From assembly GCA_017609985.1 (NCBI GenBank), contig JAFCCW010000013.1, positions 1-21,631 on the forward strand: a DNA stretch of 21,631 nucleotides. Direction: 5' to 3'. Below, piece by piece: positions 16,651 through 21,631 of this stretch (its first letter is position 1; the number at the start of each line of letters is the position of its first letter). This stretch comes from Candidatus Iainarchaeum sp. Its GTDB lineage: Archaea > Iainarchaeota > Iainarchaeia > Iainarchaeales > JAFCCW01. Both the position numbers and the translations under genes were made by a program. The notes under the pieces are model-generated. The model was not told the origin of the DNA and did no database searches. It saw only the letters and a list, made by a program, of their open reading frames with translations.

Positions 16651-18039
16651 TTAAAGATACCCGAGCCCGCGAAGCTGTTTTTCTGTTTCCGAATCAAGTT
16701 TTGTTTGTTTTTCTGTCACTTCAATTTCACAGTTTGCACATTCCTCTTCAAAACTTTTTAGCTTATTTTTCATTTCTTCAAGAACTTGTTTTTCTTTGTC
16801 TGAAAGATTTTTTGTTTCATCAGGGTCTGTTTCAAGATTAAAGAGTTCTTCTATGGTGCTGTTTGAAAAAAACACTTCAAATCTTTCCCGTTTAAGAATT
16901 CCTTTGAAAGCCCATTTTGCTAAATCCTTTAAAAGCCTTGAATTAAGTTTTGGCTCAAATCTTTTTTCAGAAATTATATATTTCCATTTGTCTGTCCTGA
17001 CAGATTTTTGTTTTACTGTAAAAGAACCAATTCTTTGATCTGACTGGTTTTCACTAAATGCAATCCTGCTTTTTCCATTTCCTTTAAAAAATTCAACAAG
17101 GCTTTCTCCCTGCATTCGCTCTGGCTTTAGTCCAGCAAGTTCTAGAATGCTTGGGGCAATGTCAATGCTTCTGACAGTTTCCCTGACTCTCTTGCCTTCA
17201 ACTCCTGGCAGTCTCAAAATCAAAGGAATATGCACAAGCTCTTCGTAAAGATTCTGCCAGTGGTCCATTGCCCCGTGGTCCATGAAAGAATCCCCATGGT
17301 CTGCTGTTAAAACAAAAACATTTCTCCCAGAATTCATTTCATCAATCTTCTTAATCAGGTCGCCAATATGCTGATCAACATAGTTTATCTGCTCATCATA
17401 TCTTGCAATCGTATATTCAAGATCATGAAGATTTATTTCTTCGTCAATCACTCCAGTTCGCCAGACATTCTTGCCCTCTGTTGGCTTGTATTCAACAACT
17501 TTTTTTGGAACCTGATATGGGGCGTGCACATCCATATAATGAACAAATGAAAAGACTGGTTTCTTTGCCTGCTTGACATTCTTCAAAATCTTTTTGTTTA
17601 CTTCTTCTGCATTAGCCCAGTGCCCGACAAATTCAAATTTGTCAAAACCATATTCATAACCAAACTTTTTCTTGATGTGCGGGTTTGTTTCAAAAGCCAT
17701 TGTTTCAAACTGGTTTTCTCTAAGCCATTGCGGCAGGTTCTTTAACTTTTTCTTGTACTGGTAGTCGGAATAGTTTTCCGGGTCAAGCACATCAATTGGG
17801 TGCCGCGCCTTGTGAACGCTTGGATAAAGCGAGGTAAGTAGTGAAGTCACAGAAGGTTTTGTATTAAGAGCTTGCGCAATGCAGTCCTCGAACAAAAATC
17901 CCTGTTTTGCAATGCTGTCAATTTCTGGAGAGGTCTGTCTGCCATATCCATAGCAATGCAAGTGATCTGCTCTGAGACAGTCAACCAACAGAACAAAGAA
18001 GTTGCAGTCTTTGAATTCTTTATTTGTCTCACTCTTCAT
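16651..18039 (-). CDS. Sulfatase-fold protein (Thr nucleophile, no CxPxR)
   Basis: VDCLRADHLHCYGY.RQTSP.ID, NT60KPSVTSLLTSLYP..H, HYMDVHAPY, YDEQINYVD, TADHGD, LYEELVHIPLI, ELFNLETDPDETKNL, C-terminal QLRGLGYL. Confidence 0.9.
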   Translation of the reverse strand: MKSETNKEFKDCNFFVLLVDCLRADHLHCYGYGRQTSPEIDSIAKQGFLFEDCIAQALNTKPSVTSLLTSLYPSVHKARHPIDVLDPENYSDYQYKKKLKNLPQWLRENQFETMAFETNPHIKKKFGYEYGFDKFEFVGHWANAEEVNKKILKNVKQAKKPVFSFVHYMDVHAPYQVPKKVVEYKPTEGKNVWRTGVIDEEINLHDLEYTIARYDEQINYVDQHIGDLIKKIDEMNSGRNVFVLTADHGDSFMDHGAMDHWQNLYEELVHIPLILRLPGVEGKRVRETVRSIDIAPSILELAGLKPERMQGESLVEFFKGNGKSRIAFSENQSDQRIGSFTVKQKSVRTDKWKYIISEKRFEPKLNSRLLKDLAKWAFKGILKRERFEVFFSNSTIEELFNLETDPDETKNLSDKEKQVLEEMKNKLKSFEEECANCEIEVTEKQTKLDSETEKQLRGLGYL

Positions 18040-19172
18040 TTTTTACCCCTGCTAATTTTATTGTAAATGTCAATGCTTTCCTCTGCTTTTTTGCTCCAGT
18101 CGTTTTCCTTGGCTCTCTTTAATGCAGTCTTCTCCATTTTCTCTCGCTTTTTTTTGTTATTTAAAACGAGGGAAATTTTTTCTGCAAATTCATCTGGATT
18201 TCCTGCCTCGCAATACACTGCAGAGTCTCCGAGAATATTTTCAACTTCTCTAAACCTGCTTGCAATAGTTGCCTTGCCTGCAGCCATGTATTCAAAAAGC
18301 TTTAACGGAGACCACCAGAATCCATGTTTTTCAAGCTGTTTAAATCGGGTTGTTGAAAAAGGAGCAATGCAAACATCACTTGCCTTGAGGACAACAGGTA
18401 TTTTTTCTTGCTCTATACTTCCAAGGAATCTAACCTTTTTTTCCAAGCCAAGTCCTTCAACTTTTTTCCTGACTTTTTCAAGCTCTTTTCCTGCGCCAAC
18501 AAGAACAAATTTTACGCTGTGTTTCTCAGCAACTCTTTCAGCGATTTTGGGAATTTCCAACACGCCGTGCCATTCCCTGAACGAGCCGACAAAGCAAACA
18601 ATTTTTTCCCCGTGCTTTGAAAATCTTTTTCTTTCTTCTTCGACTTTGCTTTTTCCGATTCTAAAATCTGAATTGCTTACTCCATTACTTACAACATAAA
18701 TCTTTTTTGGAGACTGTGCTGATAAAATTTTCTTAAGAGTTCTTGTCTGGGTAATTATTGCGTTTGTTTTTCTCAGCTTTCTTCTAATAAGGGGAGCATA
18801 CAAAATCTTTCTCTTCCCAGTCCAGGTTTTGGTTCCGGGGTCATTTACTTCAAGAACATGCTTTCCACTAAATCCTTTCAGAAGGCTGATGCTTGAGGGA
18901 TTGATGCTGTAACGTTCGTGCACAATATCTGCTTCGTTTATGTATTTTTTAAGCCTCTTAATTTCACTGAATTCCTTAATTGGGTTGTGGGCAAGTCTAG
19001 CAAGTTCTGTTTCCACAATCTTTACTTTCTTAACCTTGCCTTTTCCTGGTTTGATAAACAGGGTTACACTCACTCCTTTCTTCGCAAGTGCTTCGCAGAT
19101 GCTCTTTGTATGAGTGAAGCCGGCACTGCCTCCCCCAAGCTCTTCTCCAAGTGCAAGATAAACAAGCTTCAC
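18036..19172 (-). CDS. Glycosyltransferase family 4
   Basis: EVND, NGV, FVGSFREWHG, SPLKLFEYMAAGK. Confidence 0.92.
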   Translation of the reverse strand: MKLVYLALGEELGGGSAGFTHTKSICEALAKKGVSVTLFIKPGKGKVKKVKIVETELARLAHNPIKEFSEIKRLKKYINEADIVHERYSINPSSISLLKGFSGKHVLEVNDPGTKTWTGKRKILYAPLIRRKLRKTNAIITQTRTLKKILSAQSPKKIYVVSNGVSNSDFRIGKSKVEEERKRFSKHGEKIVCFVGSFREWHGVLEIPKIAERVAEKHSVKFVLVGAGKELEKVRKKVEGLGLEKKVRFLGSIEQEKIPVVLKASDVCIAPFSTTRFKQLEKHGFWWSPLKLFEYMAAGKATIASRFREVENILGDSAVYCEAGNPDEFAEKISLVLNNKKKREKMEKTALKRAKENDWSKKAEESIDIYNKISRGKK

Positions 19173-20284
19173 TCAATCACTTCCAAGTAAATGCTTTCAA
19201 GTTTTTTTCCATATTTTTTCAGAGAAAAATCCAATGCTCTTCTTCTGGCTTCCATTGCAATCTTTCTCTTTACACTAGCTGGCAAATCCATTGCTTTAAT
19301 CATGTCCCTGCCTGCTTTTTTCGAGTTTTCAAATCCAACAATAAAACCGTTCACTCCCTGTTTTACAAATTTTTCAAAAGAAGGAATTTTGTTAAGTAGC
19401 ACAATCTTTTCAGCAGCCATTGCTTCAATTGCAGTTATTCCAAACCCCTCATGCTCTGAAGCTGAAACAAAAAATTCTGCTTTCTCATAAAATTCTCTGA
19501 GTTTCTTGTCACTCACTCCGCCAGTTATCTCTACTTGTTTGCTGACTCCAAACTCTCCAGCTTTTTTTTCCAGTTCTTCTTTTAGGTTTTCAAAATCTTT
19601 TCCGACAATCAATAACCTTGCATTTTTCTTCCTTTTTGCTGCAACAGCAAATCCCTCAATCAGTTTCTCCAGACCCTTGTTTCTGCTCAGTCTGCCAACA
19701 TACAGGAACAGATTTTTTTCCTTCTTAGAATTTGAAGAACTGAATTTTGAAACATCAACTGCGTTTTCAAGTAATGCAATCTTTTTTTCAGGAACAATTT
19801 TTCTGAACATGCTTCTGTCATTTTCGCTCACAGCAATCACTCTGTCAGCCAGTTTCAATAGAATTTTCTGAACTCCGTTGAAGTAAATTTTCTTAAGCAG
19901 TCCAAAGTTTTTTGTATGAAATACGCCACCGTGCGTGCTTACAACAACTTTTTTCCTGTGCAATGGTTTTGTGACAATCAAAAAATCTGACAAAAAGTTT
20001 ATTCCATGAACATGAACAATGTCTGGCTTGCTTTTTAGTAAAATCTTTGGAACACAAAACGCAATCTTGTAAATTCCAAGGTCAAGAAAAGGAGAGCGCC
20101 AGACTTTAATACCCTGCACGACTTCCTCTGCTTTTAGTTTTTCACTGCTTTTACTGCACTTGTTAAGGCAGAGCACTTCACAATCTATTCCATTCTTTTT
20201 TCCTGAAATACAGGAATCGAGAACAACCTGTTCCACTCCTCCAATACATGGACTGAAATGATGGGCAAGATGCAAGACTTTCAT
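19169..20284 (-). CDS. Glycosyltransferase family 4 (GumH/AceA-like)
   Basis: FSPCIGGVEQVV, HVHGI.FLSD, STHGGVFHT, GRLSRNKG, SEHEGFGITAIEAMAA. Confidence 0.9.
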   Translation of the reverse strand: MKVLHLAHHFSPCIGGVEQVVLDSCISGKKNGIDCEVLCLNKCSKSSEKLKAEEVVQGIKVWRSPFLDLGIYKIAFCVPKILLKSKPDIVHVHGINFLSDFLIVTKPLHRKKVVVSTHGGVFHTKNFGLLKKIYFNGVQKILLKLADRVIAVSENDRSMFRKIVPEKKIALLENAVDVSKFSSSNSKKEKNLFLYVGRLSRNKGLEKLIEGFAVAAKRKKNARLLIVGKDFENLKEELEKKAGEFGVSKQVEITGGVSDKKLREFYEKAEFFVSASEHEGFGITAIEAMAAEKIVLLNKIPSFEKFVKQGVNGFIVGFENSKKAGRDMIKAMDLPASVKRKIAMEARRRALDFSLKKYGKKLESIYLEVIE

Positions 20285-21249
20285 TCTAGCCAGACTCCTT
20301 TAACAATTCCAGTGCCAAGCCCTGCTAAAAAAAGAAAGTCTCTCACAAGCAGGATAAGCGGGGAAAAAAAGCCAAGAGCAAAATTTCTCTTTGCTGCAAA
20401 AACCGTAAATGGAGCAGTTGAAAGAATTGCAACAGAGAGCAATCCCAGCATCAAACCAAATGAAAAACTACTGAAAAGTGAGCCTGCTCCAGCAAGCAAA
20501 GCAAGCCCAATCAAAACAATTCTTGCCTTCATCAACTGAGGAGTATAAGAGTCCTTTACTGCTTTTTCAGAGTGTTTTTTGTAAAGCCTCACTCTCCAAA
20601 AAGCTCTGAAAAATTTTGTTCTAAAATAACCTGCTGGAGACACAGGGTGTTTGTGAAAAACAACTGCTTTTGGATTGAATACAAGTTTTTTTCCTTTCTC
20701 TGCTAGCTTAAAAGAAAAATCCGGGTCTTCACCGCTTGCAATCTTGAATCTTGAATCAAATCCATTGACCTCCAAAAAATCTTTTTTTCTGTAAGCCGCA
20801 GAATAGCTTCCAATAAAGTCAATAAATTTCTGTTTCTTCATTTTTTCATAACGATACTCTATTTCCATTTGGGAAAATCTTGCCATAAATTCTTTTTGCA
20901 TTGAGGCATAAGCTCCTTGCACTCCAGAAACACTCTTGTCCTTAAATGGAGTAAGCATTTCCTTTAGCCAGCCCTGTTCTGCAATGCAGTCGTCGTCAGT
21001 GAAAACAATCACGTCTCCCCTTGCCTGTTTTACTCCATTGTTTCTTGCAGTAGCAGGCCCGGAATTTTTTTGCTGAATCAATCTGACTTTCCTGAATTTT
21101 TTCACAATCTCTGCTGTTTTGTCAGTACTCCCGTCATCAACCACAATAACTTCAAAGCTTCCTGGTTCTTTTTGTCTCAAGACTGAGTTAAGGCATTTGC
21201 CGATAGTCTCCTCTGAATTGAATGCGGGAATCACAACAGTTGCTAGCAT
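20281..21249 (-). CDS. Glycosyltransferase family 2 with C-terminal TM helices
   Basis: TVVIPAFN, VDDGSTD, NSGPATARN, FTDDDC, GFD..F..ASGED, C-terminal hydrophobic helices. ATG 21249 is preferred over TTG 21267. Confidence 0.92.
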   Translation of the reverse strand: MLATVVIPAFNSEETIGKCLNSVLRQKEPGSFEVIVVDDGSTDKTAEIVKKFRKVRLIQQKNSGPATARNNGVKQARGDVIVFTDDDCIAEQGWLKEMLTPFKDKSVSGVQGAYASMQKEFMARFSQMEIEYRYEKMKKQKFIDFIGSYSAAYRKKDFLEVNGFDSRFKIASGEDPDFSFKLAEKGKKLVFNPKAVVFHKHPVSPAGYFRTKFFRAFWRVRLYKKHSEKAVKDSYTPQLMKARIVLIGLALLAGAGSLFSSFSFGLMLGLLSVAILSTAPFTVFAAKRNFALGFFSPLILLVRDFLFLAGLGTGIVKGVWLE

Positions 21250-21333
21250 TGCAAAAATTAAGCTCAAAAAACAGTTAAATACTGTGCTGGTACAAAACCC
21301 GAATCAAGTTTCTTCGCTCACTGCCCCAAAAGC

Positions 21334-21341
21334 TTTAAAAA
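21334..21341 (+). promoter_or_regulatory. Putative archaeal BRE/TATA for cysD (divergent promoter region)
   Basis: CAAAAGC followed by TTTAAAAA upstream of the cysD frame. A TATTTAAC box on the minus strand (about 21274-21281) lies about 25 nt before the GT2 ATG. Confidence 0.35.
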
Positions 21342-21395
21342 CTCAGTAATCATAAGGTGATTTTTTGCAGGTATTGAATCTTGAAGGTGTTTGTT

Positions 21396-21631
21396 CTGGA
21401 CAGGCTTGACGAACTTGAATCAAAAAGCATTTACATAATCCGCGAAGCCTACAGGCAGTACGGCAAGATTGCAGTTCTCTGGTCTATTGGAAAAGACTCA
21501 ACTGCTCTCAAGCCTATAGGCAGTACGGCAAGATTGCAGTTCTCTGGTCTATTGGAAAAGACTCAACTGCTCTCATGTGGCTCTGTCGCAAGGCTTTCTA
21601 TGGCAAACTTCCTTTTCCAGCTCTTCACATT
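21396..21631 (+). CDS. cysD: Sulfate adenylyltransferase subunit 2 (CysD), 5' part; frameshifted as given by a 65-bp duplication (pseudogene or assembly artefact)
   Basis: Not in ORF track. Translation with one repeat copy removed: (L/M)DRLDELESKSIYIIREAYRQYGKIAVLWSIGKDSTALMWLCRKAFYGKLPFPALHI, matching the CysD N-terminus (LE.ESI.IIRE, S.GKDS PP-loop, RKAF...PFP.LH). In-frame starts are TTG 21381, GTG 21387 or CTG 21396. Confidence 0.85.
   Translation, partial: MDRLDELESKSIYIIREAYRQYGKIAVLWSIGKDSTALKPIGSTARLQFSGLLEKTQLLSCGSVARLSMANFLFQLFT
21445..21574 (+). repeat. 65-bp direct tandem duplication within cysD
   Basis: 21445-21509 and 21510-21574 are identical except C21452/T21517. Confidence 0.97.

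Noticed and set aside
9944-18039. Annotating the AP-fold proteins as true arylsulfatases
   Set aside because: They lack the C/S-x-P-x-R formylglycine motif and no maturation enzyme is seen in the window
18067-18699. 210-aa plus-strand ORF and the other short antisense ORFs across the window
   Set aside because: Wholly antisense to, or nested in, well-supported genes; typical shadow ORFs
21445-21574. Repeat as a CRISPR array or IS target-site duplication
   Set aside because: Two abutting copies with no spacer or intervening element; the unit is cysD coding sequence

Overview
A densely packed, mostly minus-strand surface-glycan (probably archaeal N-glycan/S-layer or polysaccharide) biosynthesis and decoration cluster. 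GGTGA-type Shine-Dalgarno sites, TTTAAA boxes about 25 nt before ATGs and Lys-rich proteins suggest an archaeon, possibly DPANN (inference). It encodes nucleotide-sugar enzymes (two extended SDRs, a DegT-type aminotransferase, a formyltransferase), three GT4 and two GT2 glycosyltransferases, DUF2304, a GT-C-like membrane protein, UPF0104 and Wzx-like membrane proteins, SAM methyltransferases and a partial B12-binding radical SAM gene that the ORF track missed. The most notable feature is a candidate glycan-sulfation module. It has PAPS synthesis genes (an unusual methyltransferase-APS kinase fusion and a partial cysD missed by the ORF track and frameshifted by a 65-bp tandem duplication) and three cytoplasmic sulfatase/alkaline-phosphatase-fold proteins with Thr/Ser instead of the formylglycine CxPxR motif. 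No classical sulfotransferase is visible. A shared 'LxxLGY(L/I)' helix ends two of the AP-fold proteins and begins the kinase fusion. No RNA genes, CRISPR arrays or mobile elements were seen.
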